Source: Macrostomum lignano | Lineage: Eukaryota | DNA: 64,000 nucleotides | NCBI GenBank assembly: GCA_002269645.1 | Contig: NIVC01000343.1 | Span: forward strand, 39,755-103,754 | Direction: 5' to 3' | In this document: positions 37,501-50,379 of the stretch, in pieces | Layout of the letters: every line of letters starts with the position of its first letter | How positions within the stretch are numbered: position 1 is the first letter of the stretch | The notes under the pieces: generated by a model | What the model saw: the letters and a program-made list of their open reading frames with translations, nothing else | Told to the model about the DNA's origin: nothing | Databases searched by the model: none | Translations under genes and position numbers: made by a program

Positions 37501-39457
37501 AGTTCGGTTTGAGCAGTCGAATTCGGGCTGGTTGGGCTGTCAGGGTCTTCGACGAGAGGTTGTCAGATTCCCTACGAGAGGATGTCAGATTCTCTACGAG
37601 AGGATGTCAGATCCCCTACGAGAGGATGTCAGATTCCCTACGAGAGGATGTCAGATCCCCTACGAGAGGATGTCAGATTCCCTACGAGAGGATGTCAGAT
37701 TCCCTACGAGAGGATGTCAGATTCCCTACGAGAGGATGTCAGATCCCCTACGAGAGGATGTCAGATTCCCTACGAGAGGATGTCAGATTCCCTATGAGAG
37801 GTTGTCAGATCCCCTACGAGAGGATGTCAGATTCCCTACGAGAGGATGTCAGATTCCCTTACGGGAGGATATCAGATCCAATACGAAAGGTTGTCAGATC
37901 CCCTACGAGAGGATGTCAGATCCCTACGAGAGGATGTCAGATCCCTACTAGAGGTTGTGAGATCCCCTACGAGAGGATGTTAGATCCCCTACGAGAGGAT
38001 GTCAGATCCGCTACAAGAGATTGTCAGTGTCTCCGACGAGAGTGTCAGGTTTCCCACTGGGTTGTCAGACCCCCTACGAGAGGATGTCAGATCCCTACAA
38101 GGGATTGTACAGGGATTGTCAGGGTCTCCGACGAGTGTTAGGTCTTCCACTAGGTTGTCAAATCTCTGAATTAGGAATTTTCAACTTCAAAATAGTGAAT
38201 GTTGTTGACTTGATTGATTGTGAATAAATTTCAAATTTTCAATTAACTCAAACGAAATGCAGTGCGGTGTTGCTCAGAAAAATGATTGACAGAGTACAGA
38301 GACAGACAGTGGTTAATGAGGACAGAATTTGTGGATCGGATGGCACCGCTTGCGTGACTGCATCCGGGAACGAAAAAGCTTTCTATTTTTGTATTTTTAC
38401 TCATCTTTTTACTTTGCCTCGGTCGAAATAAACCGCAAATCTCTCCAACTCCCCGCCCACGCGCAGGCCAGTACTACTGCCTCAACATGGGCATCATCAC
38501 CCTATCCACCTTCCTGTCTGTCATTGTGGTGAATTTTCACTTCCGCGGCGACAACAGGCAGGAGGTGCCGCGCTGGCTCAAAAAGGTGAGCCGCTGTGTT
38601 GCGAACGCAGTATTGCCAAATACAGCGGGAATTCCTTACACCATGGTTAGCTAGTTTGAAGGGGCCGTAACCCAGTGGTCTGGCGCCGCTCTTATGTTGC
38701 AGAGGATATTCCAAGTGCAGTCACTTTAATTTGGGGCAAAATTGGAATCTCGGCTTGGCTCTGCTCGTGCAATTAACGGCCTGAGGGCCAACCCCCAAGG
38801 CACAGTGAAGTGTACATGCCTGTGTTGTTCGAAGCTTTTGTGTTCAGTCGAACCGCCCCTGCACCGCACGCTCGCCCGCAGCTGGCCATCGAGCACGGAG
38901 CTCGCATGCTCTTTGTGACCTTGGCGGCCAAGCCCCAGCCGCAGCAGCAACAGCAACAGCAGCAACAGAAGCAGCAAAAGCAACAGACAGAGTTTCAATT
39001 ACGGCAGATGCAGCAGACTCAGCAGCAGCAGCAGCTGCTCTCTTCGGCACCTCCCTACAGCTACGGCCGGGTCAACGGCGCCTCGGTGCAGCCGAACATG
39101 TCGCAGCAGCTGCTGCTGTCGCAGTCAAATCCTTTAGGCTACTTGAACTGTCAGCAGCAGCCGCTGATGGCGCCAGCCCTGCTAGCGATGGAGCCGATAG
39201 CCAGACGAAAGCTGAACACCCTGGCCAAGGACCTGCGAGACATTGTCAAAGCTCTGCGCTACATTCAACGACTGCACGAAGGCAAAGAACGGGTCGGTCG
39301 CACCGTGCAAGAGTGGCGCTCGGTTGCCATGGTGCTCGACAGGCTGTTCTTTGTCATCTACTTCGTCACCATAGTGATGTCGATCGTGGTCTACTACCCC
39401 AAAGAGGGCAACGAGATTGTGCCGGGTGTCATTCCCAACGACACGAACGTGTCGTAA
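31502..39457 (+). CDS. Cys-loop receptor alpha subunit, nAChR family, predicted acetylcholine-gated chloride channel. Exons 31502-31538, 34080-34468, 35724-35833, 36144-36317, 36684-36964, 37411-37497, 38467-38585, 38882-39457 (590 aa)
   Basis: Signal peptide ([12 protein letters not shown]), loop A PDIALYNYAD, Cys-loop C-x13-C ([15 protein letters not shown]), loop B WTYDG, loop C YPCCPEPY (vicinal Cys = alpha), M1-M4 ending [10 protein letters not shown]. All junctions GT-AG, total 1773 nt. Exon 1 (caaccATG...G|GTAAGA) is inferred from phase match. Confidence 0.93.
31560..32200. repeat. 26-bp minisatellite (GAGTGACTGACGGAGGTTGAACCATT)
   Basis: Period 26; starts about 20 bp after donor 31539. 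Confidence 0.94.
32895..33990. repeat. 33-bp minisatellite (CTATCTGATGTCTCACTGTCTACTTGTGCCATT)
   Basis: Period 33; receptor intron 1; source of ORFs 32586..34073, 32872..33720 and the 5' part of 32888..34510. Confidence 0.95.
34490..35470. repeat. Degenerate ~27-30-bp AT-rich array (TATCCCTGATTCTGGTGTGTTATATCTGT)
   Basis: Receptor intron 34469-35723. Confidence 0.9.
36370..36600. repeat. Short ~45-bp degenerate tandem repeat
   Basis: TTAGCAACCAGTTTCAGAGCATTCCAAGAAACCCT...AGCGCCC, 4-5 copies. Confidence 0.8.
37545..38140. repeat. 22-bp minisatellite (AGATTCCCTACGAGAGGATGTC)
   Basis: Receptor intron 37498-38466. Confidence 0.93.
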
Positions 39458-39639
39458 GATCCAGCACTCAGGGATGGCTCACGCGTCACGCTCATAGACC
39501 TCAGCCGTTTGCATGCTTGTTGCTAGGCAGGTTTTGTTACGACTTATTTTGTTTTTGGTCAAAGCCATTAATGCCAGTCCCAGGGACTCAAGGCCTGATA
39601 CAGTGTAAAGTTGCCAGAAGGTCGTTAAGAAGGTCGCAG

Positions 39640-39888
39640 AACCGACAGCTCAGCCGCAGCTATTGCGCGGCGCATCTGAAGGCTGCGTACGGCTGATCAA
39701 TTCAAAGACTGAGGGGTCGCCACACACAGCCTCAATTACCCCAGCTAATGCTGGCACCCATTTTACAGCTGGGTGAACTGAAGCAATGCAGAGTCAAGTG
39801 TCTTGCTCAAGGACACAAATTGTCCCGACTGGGTCGGGAATCGAACCCCCGGCCTTTCAGTCATGAGTCCGACGCTCTAACCACTAGG
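39640..39888 (-). mobile_element. tRNA-derived CORE-like SINE, copy 2 (in the receptor 3'UTR region)
   Basis: Minus strand: CCTAGTGGTTAGAGCGTCGGACTCATGACTGAAAGGCCGGGGGTTCGATTCCC...GTGTCCTTGAGCAAGACACTTGAC...CAGCTGTAAAATGGG; ~53-bp tail identical to copy 1. Confidence 0.87.
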
Positions 39889-42164
39889 TAGATTGTGCAT
39901 GCATGTAGGTCTTGGATGCGTGCGGAGATCCGCTATTTGGGTCCCGAAATTTCAGGGAGGGTCTGACTAAGACAGTTATCTTAATTAAAATCTTTAGCCA
40001 AGATATCTGATGGCTACTCGATGGCTCTGTATATATATATATATATTGCTTGCCTGCAGAGGGCACAACATTCATTATACTAAAGTGTGTCTGTGTTTCT
40101 GCAAGCACCAAGTCGTGTACACGTCAGCTGAACACTTCCTATTACACTGTACCATCATTGATTTTCCGTTGCGTAGTGTGCGTTGCTAGATTCAAAGCCC
40201 ATTAATTTATAATCGCAATCGCTTCAATTCTGCAGGTTGTAGCTGCGGGGCAGAGCAGCCCCCCTCCAGCTTGGTTCTTTCGTATTTCAACGCGCTTTTG
40301 CTTTTTAGCCCTGTTCTTTTTCTCATTTTTCTGCTGTTGTGAAAGCAATCAATTTTAAGCCACTTTAGCAGCAGTAGCATGAGTGCCCCCAGCCCAGCAA
40401 AACGAATGCAAAATAAGTAAAACTGCTTTGCATTGAGCAGTTAGCAACATATGGCCTCTGAAAACCCTTCTGTTTCTAAACTTCATTTTCTATTCATTCA
40501 AACAAAATAGCAGTTCACGACTGGCATTTTTGTAAACTATGAACAGCTGTCGTGAACTGCTATTAGAAGTTAGAACGCAGTAGCTTAATATTCAACGTAC
40601 GTATTGTAATGTATAAGCATAATGTGAAAGTTTACCTGACGCATTCAATTAAATCTATTATTAAAATAAACAGGTTGTCACAAGCACCCAGTCCCAGACG
40701 CCAATAGATTCTCAATAGATATTAGCTATATAGTATGCTTGCAGTTGAATTCGGTCTTTTTAATTGTATCTGATTGATAGTGAAGCTGCCTGGGTTCGAA
40801 TCTGGATCCACACAATTCTGCACGAGAGCCAGGGAAACTCTCAACAGCATTGGTGTTGCACTCTCACAACTGAGCATTACAGCCCTCTCAAAGATTTCTC
40901 AGGCGAAGCAATTTAGATTTAATCCAAGCCGCTTACACCCTAGCCTAGAAATGCAGTTTTACGGCCAACTAGCCAGACTTATACACGAGAGGACACACAG
41001 AGAGCTGGGCACGCCAGATTTGATCAGCGAGTACTCCTCATTCGCAGCCAGAGATCTGGGAGAGAAGGGGAAGGAATTAATATAAAATTTTCTTAATCCA
41101 GAATGAGATGCGCTGCCCGGCAGGGTGATGGAGCTGGGGAAGGGGGCGGCCGTGAGCTCGAGTAGAAAATCCGATTTCGCCGCGGTTCCGAACGAGCCTT
41201 GGCAACAAGAATTCTGAGCAGGGATGATTATATAAGGAATAGGGAATAATATAAGGAGCATACACCTAGATAAAATGTATAGGCAACAGACTACTGATAG
41301 TAAAGTAATTAGCAAAGTTGCTTTAGTAAAACTTCTGGTTTAAAATTTCTGGATACGAATTTATTCAACACCCAGGGTATTAATTAAAAAAAAAACTTTA
41401 AAATTAAAGAGGTACAGATAAAATTGAAATTAATGAAGAACAAATGTTTTAAAGGACGCAGAAAGCAGCAGACTGACAAATACTATAGTTAAAAGCACTG
41501 GATTTAGGATGGCATTTGTAAAAATATTATTATACAAGCTTTCAAACCTATAATATGCTATGCTAATTGATCATTGTTATTACTACATATTATTTGTCTG
41601 TGACCAGGTTATCTACAAAGCAGTGCGAATATAAGCTAGACTTGTCACTGACCAGAGTAATATATAAAGGGCGAATAGTTTAAAAAAAATAAAGTGCGTC
41701 TCTTCCTACTCTTAGTAGGCAAGAAGCATATTTGATTTTGTTGAAAAAAAAAATTACATGTAAAATCCACTAGCTTAGTCTGAACTGGGTGGGCTTCGAC
41801 AATATATATGAACAATATCGGAGTTTTTGTTTAAAAAAAAGGTAGCGTTGTTTTTAAAAAAAAAACAGAAAAAATTAATCATTACATAGGCCATCTATAT
41901 TTATGTAAATAGTATAAGAATCACATGTATGTTATTCAATGAAAAAAATGTAAACAAAGAGTTATGCTTTAGATCGAAATCTAAGATTTTAACCACAAAC
42001 AATTACTGGTGATGACGTAATGGATATTTACGACATAGGCTCGCGGCAAAACAGAACAATTGCAAAGCATTTCTTAGATGTGAAAAAATAAAAAGTGGAA
42101 GTCAAAATGCCTCAAAGTTTGAGGCATTTCATTTTTTGGCTGCGCAATCCAGCCATGCAGGAAG

Positions 42165-43490
42165 CAGGAGTCCTCTGAAGCATTGGGGGGGGCAGCGGAG
42201 TCCTCTGAAGCATTGGGGGGGGGCAGCGGAGTCCTCTGAAGCATTGGGGGGGGGCAGCGGAGTCCTCTGAAGCATTGGGGGGGGGGGCAGCGGAGTCCTC
42301 TGAAGCATTGGGGGGTCAGCGGAGTCCTCTGAAGCATTGGGGGGGGGCAGCGGAGTCCTCTGAAGCATTGGGGGGGGGCAGCGGAGTCCTCTGAAGCATT
42401 GGGGGGGGGGCAGCGGAGTCCTCTGAAGCATTGGGGGGGGGGCAGCGGAGTCCTCTGAAGCATTGGGGAGGGGGCAGCGGAGTCCTCTGAAGCATTGGGG
42501 GGGTCAGCGGAGTCCTCTGAAGCATTGGGGAGGGGGCAGCGGAGTCCTCTGAAGCATTGGGGTGGGGGGGCAGCGGAGTCCTCTGAAGCATTGGGGGGGG
42601 GGCAGCGGAGTCCTCTGAAGCATTGAAGGGGCAGCGGAGTCCTCTGAAGCATTGGGGTGGGGGGCAGCAGCGCCCTCTGAAGCATTGGGGTGGGGGGCAG
42701 CAGCGCCCACTGAAGCATTGGGGTGGGGAGCAGCGCCCACTGAAGCATTGGGGTGGGGGCAGCGCCCACTGAAGCATTGGGGTGGGGAGCAGCGCCCTCT
42801 GAAGCATTGGGGTGGGGAGCAGCACCCTCTGAAGCATTGGGGTGGGGGGCAGCAGCGTCCTCTGAAGCATTGGGGTGGGGGGGGCAGCAGCGTCCTCTGA
42901 AGCATTGGGGTGGGGGGGGCAGCAGCGCCCTCTGAAGCATTGGGGTGGGGGGGGGCAGCAGCGCCCTCTGAAGCATTGGGGTGTGGGGGGGGGCAGCAGC
43001 GCCCTCTGAAGCATTGGGGTGGGGGGCAGCGCCCACTGAAGCATTGGGGTGGGGAGCAGCGCCCTCTGAAGCATTGGGGTGGGGAGCAGCACCCTCTGAA
43101 GCATTGGGGTGGGGGGCAGCAGCGTCCTCTGAAGCATTGGGGTGGGGGGGGGCAGCAGCGTCCTCTGAAGCATTGGGGTGGGGGGCAGCAGCGTCCTCTG
43201 AAGCATTGGGGTGGGGGGGCAGCAGCGCCCTCTGAAGCATTGGGGTGGGGGGGGGCAGCAGCGCCCTCTGAAGCATTGGGGTGGGGGGGGCAGCAGCGCC
43301 CTCTGAAGCATTGGGGTGTGGGGGGGGGGCAGCAGCGCCCTCTGAAGCATTGGGGTGGGGAGCAGCGCCCTCTGAAGCATTGGGGTGGGGGGGGGCAGCA
43401 GCGCCCTCTGAAGCATTGGGGTGTGGGGGGGGCAGCAGCGCCCTCTGAAGCATTGGGGTGGGGAGCAGCGCCCTCTGAAGCATTGCCCCA
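42165..43490. repeat. G-run-rich ~27-35-bp minisatellite (CATTGGGG(G)nCAGCGGAGTCCTCTGAAG, then CATTGGGGTGGGG..CAGCAGCGCCCTCTGAAG)
   Basis: Two sub-blocks switching near 42650; begins ~75 bp beyond the Vav stop codon. Confidence 0.95.
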
Positions 43491-43564
43491 CCCCCCGCCC
43501 AATTAGCAACATTACGCAAGCTAGTCACGCACACAATCACCGGTCCCTGACCAGTTGCCAGGCG

Positions 43565-46500
43565 TCACTCCGCGGAGGGCTGAGCACTGATTGGGCCAAC
43601 ACAGTCGGCAGGGAAAAGTCCAACCTGACTGTTGAGCTTCCGCCCGGACCAGAGGCTGCCCTCCTGCGACAGCACGGCGACAACCTCACCGGCGCTCAGG
43701 CTGATGTGACCAGCCGAAGGCGGGGCACTGTACTCGCGAATCACCGGCGCCCAGCCGATGACGCTGCCGGAGGAGCTGCGCACCGACTGGCGGGCCGACT
43801 GGCGCTGCTGGGCTTTGTAGGGAATTTCTAGTAAACAGTCCAGCTCGCGGAAGCACTCACGAAGGCTGTTCGAGCTGGAGAGGGGAATAAGTATAAATAA
43901 AGAGATGGTTTTTGACAGCTGCTGAATGCAAACCTGATAACTTAGGGCCCTGGATGAGTGTTAATCCCTGTTTTTAATGCCTGAGATACCAGTTAATTAA
44001 AATATGAGATTTTTCAGATGCCTGGAGTCCCCGTTCTCTAATTAGAGATGCCTGGAGTCCCCGTTCCCTAATTAGAGATGCCTGGAGTCCCCGTTCCCTA
44101 AATAGAAATGCCTGGAGTCCCCGTTCCCTAAATAGAAATGCCTGGAGTCCCCGTTCCCTAAATAGAAATGCCTGGAGTCCCCGTTCTCTAATTAGAGATG
44201 CCTGGAGTCCCTGTTCCCTAATTAGAGATGCCTGGAGTCCCGTTCCCTAATTAGAGATGCCTGGAGTCCCTGTTATCTAATTAGAGATGCCTGGAGTCCC
44301 CGTTCTCTAATTAGAGATGCCTGGAGTCCCTGTTATCTAATTAGAGATGCCTGGAGTCCCCGTTCCCTAATGAGAGATACCTGGAGTCCCTGTTATCTAA
44401 TTAGAGATGCCTGGAGTCCCCGTTCCCTAATTAGAGATGCCTGGAGTCCCCGTTCCCTAATTAGAGATGCCTGGAGTCCCCGTTCCCTAATTAGAGATGC
44501 CTGGAGTCCCCGTTCTCTAATTAGAGATGCCTGGAGTCCCCGTTCCCTAATTAGAGATGCCTGGAGTCCCCGTTCCCTAATGAGAGATACCTGGAGTCCC
44601 TGTTATCTAATTAGAGATGCCTGGAGTCCCCGTTCCCTAATTAGAGATGCCTGGAGTCCCCGTTCTCTAATTAGAGATGCCTGGAGTCCCCGTTCTCTAA
44701 TTAGAGATGCCTGGAGTCCCAGTTTCCCAATCAGTTATGCCCGAAATGCCAGTTACTAGTTAAAGCAAATTGCCAAACCATCAAAGCAGACTCACGAATA
44801 ATAGGTAATCAACTCTGGCACTGTGGCGAAATTCATATTCTCGCCCAGCTTATAGCCGTCAGCAGATCTGAGCACTCGCATGTGCTTGACAGTGTCTTTA
44901 CAACGCAAGGACACTGCGTACTCTCCGTTGCCCTGGCTCTCCCGCACCAGATAGGTGCCGACCGGCATAGGCATGAGAGCGTCTTTAGCGTCATCCCTGA
45001 CCATGACGCCGACATAGTAGTCCGACCAGACTGGCGGGCCGCTGCTGACGACGGAGGCTCTCGGCTGCTGCACACCCGACGCTGGGGCTGCTGCGGCGGC
45101 GGCGACGACCCGACCTGGTGAGATTGGCGACCGGGGACTGCCGGTGGGCTCCGGCATCGTCGGTGCCACGTAGCTGATGGTGTCGCGTCGAACGGGACCG
45201 GCGCCTAGCGCCGGACTGCGCGGCGGCGCCGGCGATATCAGCGACTGCGGCCGGGAGCTGCTGGGCACGGCCACGCCTGGCGCAACAAGGGTGGAGATGA
45301 GAATCCATCCGATCCATAGTGTTCTAAATTCTGCTTTAAATATGCTTTACGGAAACTTTGCTGGCTTAAAACGATTGTTTGCTGCAATACGCAAGTAGTC
45401 AGGCCCATTGAGCTGGCCTCTGAGCAACACGCACACCGACCTACTTAGAGATACCTGGAACACCTGTTTTCTAATTAGAAATACCTGATATCCCTGTTCT
45501 CCAATTAAATATACCTGGAACACTTGTTTTCTAACTGGAGATACCTCGAATTCCTGTTCCCTAATTAGAGATACCTGGAATTTTTCTCCCTGGTTAGAGA
45601 TGCCTGAAACCCCTGTTCCCAAAATAGAGACGCCTGGAATCCCTGTTACCCGATGAGAGATGCCTGGAATCCCTGTTACCCGATGAGAGATGCCTGGAAT
45701 CCCTGTTACCCGATGAGAGATGCCTGGAATCCCTGTTACCCGATGAGAGATGCCTGGAATCCCTGTTACCCGATGAGAGATGCCTGGAATCCCTGTTACC
45801 CGATGAGAGATGCCTGGAATCCCTGTTACCCGATGAGAGATGCCTGGAATCCCTGTTACCCGATGAGAGATGCCTGGAATCCTTGTTACCCGATGAGAGA
45901 TGCCTGGAATCCCTGTTACCCGATGAGAGATGCCTGGAATCCCTGTTACCCGATGAGAGATGCCTGGAATCCCTGTTACCCGATGAGAGATGCCTGGAAT
46001 CCTTGTTACCCGATGAGAGATGCCTGGAATCCCTGTTACCCGATGAGAGATGCCTGGAATCCCTGTTACCCGATGAGAGATGCCTGGAATCCCTGTTACC
46101 CGATGAGAGATGCCTGGAATCCCTGTTACCCGATGAGAGATGCCTGGAATCCCTGTTACCCGATGAGAGATGCCTGGAATCCCTGTTACCCGATTAGAGA
46201 CTCTCGCTTAGATGCCACATGCTCACACAGGGTGTACACAGAAGCCCTGACTATCTCATTGACAGACATGTACACACTCTGTGCCTTGAGCCGGGGGGGG
46301 GGGTGGGCTCATGGGTGTGAATCGCACGAAAACGCCCCGACCAAATGACCAATTTTCAAGTGAATGACAAATTTCAAGTGATTTAATCACTTAGTCAATT
46401 AATTTGACTCCCTCATTAAAACCTACCGTGATTATTAGCGGACGGCGGCGCAATAACCGACGTAGGAATGCACTGTTTGTGCACAACGTGGCCAGACTTG

Positions 46501-49240
46501 CGACACTTGTAGCCCTGAAAGAAGCAACCGTGTATGAGCTTATTGCACACGGTGCACATAGCCGGCGGATCGAGGGTTCGCCTCTCGAAAAAATAGCCGT
46601 TGCAATTGTAGTTCGCCGGCGCCACGTCGTCTTTGGCGCGTTGGAAAGCCTCGAGCCAGCGAGTTCGGGTCTCCCGAGTCTTGGCCAGGAACAGGTAGTT
46701 CACCCGGTCCGGCTGGTCCTTGGGCGAGGGGGTGGACGAGCTGGAGGCGGGAGAGGCTGAGCCAGACTGCTGCTGCAGCTGCTCAGACACCAGGAATGCC
46801 CAAGTCCATTTGCCATCGCTTGAGGAGCTGGACAGCACCGAGGATGTGGTGGATCGATTGCCAGCCGGGCCAGAGGCGGACGAGTTGGCCAGCTGGTTAG
46901 GCGAGGCCAGGTCCACCTCCCGGATGAAGAGGTTGGGCTTGACAGCGAATGCGGTCTTGAAGGTGAGGCCTGGCCGCGGCTTAGCCATCATGAACATCCG
47001 GGTCCAGAGGAAGCAGACCCGCAGCTTGCTGCTCCCGTTCGGCTTGCTGACGTCGTTAGCAATGCGGAGGTCGCCGTCCTGTTCCAGACGGCCATAGTCA
47101 ATCAGACGAAGACTGCCAGGCATATCCAAGCTGCTGATCTGATGTATTCGGGCGCGAGATGAGAGGCTATTAAGCGAAACTGGTCTTTGCGTTTCTTAGA
47201 AAAATATTGAAGGTTGGCTCTCATTGTTTCCGAAACATAAATAGCGATTGTTTTTATTTATTGAAACCACAAATTTGTACACCAAATACATGGACTTCTC
47301 TAGCTAGCATCTGGACTGGAGAAGTCTACAACATGAGGCAATGGTAGGCCAAGGAGTTTCATATTAGCATCTGGAGTGGAAAGAAAAGCGCACTTTGTCA
47401 TTCTAGGTAGCTTAAGAGGACAGCCTGTTGTAGTTGCTCGCGCTTATTTTGCAGCATGGTAAAAAAATGCAATGCTTTCAAATACAGTTCGAAGAAACCC
47501 TTCTGACTTATTAATTAATAAAAAATGAAAAGTTACTAACAACTTTTGCTGTTCTTTTTGTCTATATTGGAGTAGCCTCATTGCATGCGTGTCCTTATTA
47601 GATAAAAGTGAAAAACTCGTTTCCAGTCCAGATTCTAATTTTAGAACTCCTTGCACCAATTCAAAAAATATATATTCAAGTTTCGATTTCGTTTCATTTC
47701 GAGTTGTAGAAGACTCAGGGGCGGAGCCTTCTTGTCCAGATTCTAATTTTAGAACTCCTTGCACCAATTCAAAAAATATATATTCAAGTTTCGATTTCGT
47801 TTCATTTCGAGTTGTAGAAGACTCAGGGGCGGAGCCTTCTAGTCCAGATGCTAACTGGAGAAGTCCATGCTCTTTAGTAATAACAATACTATATGCCTGT
47901 GACAAAAAAGCGCATTCGTCTATGGCCAAAACGGTTTTACGAGCTAAAATTTCAAACAGAGTAAACTGGCTGATGTTTTATCGAAGGAACGTGAAATAAT
48001 TTTTTATTATTGTTCTGTGACTCTGGACAATTAATAAACAATATATTAATAGTATTGAATCGTTTATCGTACATGCCACAAATTGTACTGAGTGCCTTTC
48101 CAACTGACAAAGTATTGCCACATATTGTAAAAAATACTCGTATTTAAACAACTATTCCCTTATAATTGACTAGACGCATTCCGAAGCGCGCATATCACAA
48201 GAGCGCACTGGCATAAGCGCATCCACACATGAGCGCACTAACGCAAGTGACAACGAACAAGTCCACAATGCGAGTGCACAAGTAGCCTTAAATGTATACG
48301 TACACGTACGAATACTGGTATGACAGAGATTGCGGACAAAGACTGCGCGCTTATGACACTGCGCGATTATGATACTGCGCGCTTTTAACACTGAGGAGTC
48401 CCTATGACACTGCACTTTTGACACTGCGCTTATTACACTGTGCGCTTTTGACACTGCGCTTATGACACCGCGCTTATGACACTGCGCGCTTTTGACACTG
48501 TGCGCTTATGATACTGCGCGCTTATGACACTGCGCGCTTTTGACACTGTGCGCTTATGACACTGCGCGCTTATAACACTGCGCGCTTGTGACACTGAGCC
48601 CCTATGACACTGCGCGCTTATGACACTGTGCGCTTATGACACTGCGCGCTTATGACACTGAGCCCCTATGACACTGCGCGCTTATGCAGCGCATCCTATT
48701 TAATAAGCTATAAGTTATGTTTCATTTAGTAAGGTTATTAAAATCCGTAAAATAAAACATCACTAATAACACTAACATTATTATTAGCTAGTAGTAGTAC
48801 AGCGAGCGTTTGAACAACATTATCATAAGAGAATTGAAGAAACAGTTCGACTTCGTTTAAGAAAATGCTTATAGAATGCACTAAAAAAGATACTTTAAAT
48901 GCTTATAAAATGAAATGGCAAAAATGACGAGTAAATAAATGATAGATTCTATTCACGATATCAATAATACATTAAAAACCCACACTGCGTCGTGGCTTGG
49001 ACTTTCTGCCAAGCGAGAAATCCGCTAGTGGCAATATCTGCAGAGGATGGGAAGATTAGTGACTGACTGACTGACTGACTGACTGACTGACTGACTGACT
49101 GCCTGACTGACTGACTGACTGACTGACTGACTGACTGCCTGACTGACTGACTGACTGACTGACTGACTGACTGACTGACTGACTGACTGACTGACTGACT
49201 GACTGACTGACTGACTGACTGACTGACTGACTGACTGACT

Positions 49241-49284
<44 letters not shown>

Positions 49285-49513
49285 TGAGTGATTGGGTGAC
49301 TGACTGACTGACTGACTGACTGACTGACTGACTGACTGACTGACTGACTGCCTGACTGACTGACTGACTGACTGACTGACTGACTGACTGACTGACTGAC
49401 TGACTGACTGACTGACTGACTGACTGACTGACTGACTGACTGACTGACTGACTGACTGACTGACTGACTGACTGACTGACTGACTGACTGACTGACTGAC
49501 TGACTGACTGACT

Positions 49514-49557
<44 letters not shown>

Positions 49558-49622
49558 TGAGTGATTGGGTGACTGACTGACTGACTGACTGACTGACTGA
49601 CTGACTGACTGACTGACTGACT

Positions 49623-49666
<44 letters not shown>

Positions 49667-49703
49667 TGAGTGATTGGGTGACTGACTGACTGACTGACTG
49701 ACT

Positions 49704-49754
<51 letters not shown>

Positions 49755-49851
49755 TGACTGACTGACTGACTGACTGACTGACTGACTGACTGACTGACTG
49801 ACTGACTGACTGACTGACTGACTGACTGACTGACTGACTGACTGACTGACT

Positions 49852-49895
<44 letters not shown>

Positions 49896-49952
49896 TGAGT
49901 GATTGGGTGACTGACTGACTGACTGACTGACTGACTGACTGACTGACTGACT

Positions 49953-49996
<44 letters not shown>

Positions 49997-50041
49997 TGAG
50001 TGATTGGGTGACTGACTGACTGACTGACTGACTGACTGACT

Positions 50042-50085
<44 letters not shown>

Positions 50086-50146
50086 TGAGTGATTGGGTGA
50101 CTGACTGACTGACTGACTGACTGACTGACTGACTGACTGACTGACT

Positions 50147-50190
<44 letters not shown>

Positions 50191-50259
50191 TGAGTGATTG
50201 GGTGACTGACTGACTGACTGACTGACTGACTGACTGACTGACTGACTGACTGACTGACT

Positions 50260-50303
<44 letters not shown>

Positions 50304-50336
50304 TGAGTGATTGGGTGACTGACTGACTGACTGACT

Positions 50337-50379
<43 letters not shown>

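Noticed and set aside
7636-39457. Functional clustering of two chloride-conducting proteins (CLC and ACh-gated channel)
   Set aside because: Different compartments, separated by CABIN1; no sequence evidence for co-regulation.
42074-43540. Pro-rich ORFs on - and Gly-rich ORFs on +
   Set aside because: Repeat translations with frame drifting according to G-run length.
45277-45330. Upstream acceptor at 45331 adding a hydrophobic stretch (FRTLWIGWILISTLVAP) to Vav
   Set aside because: In frame, but 45277 has the better pyrimidine tract and a TM-like segment is unexpected in Vav; not excluded without RNA data.
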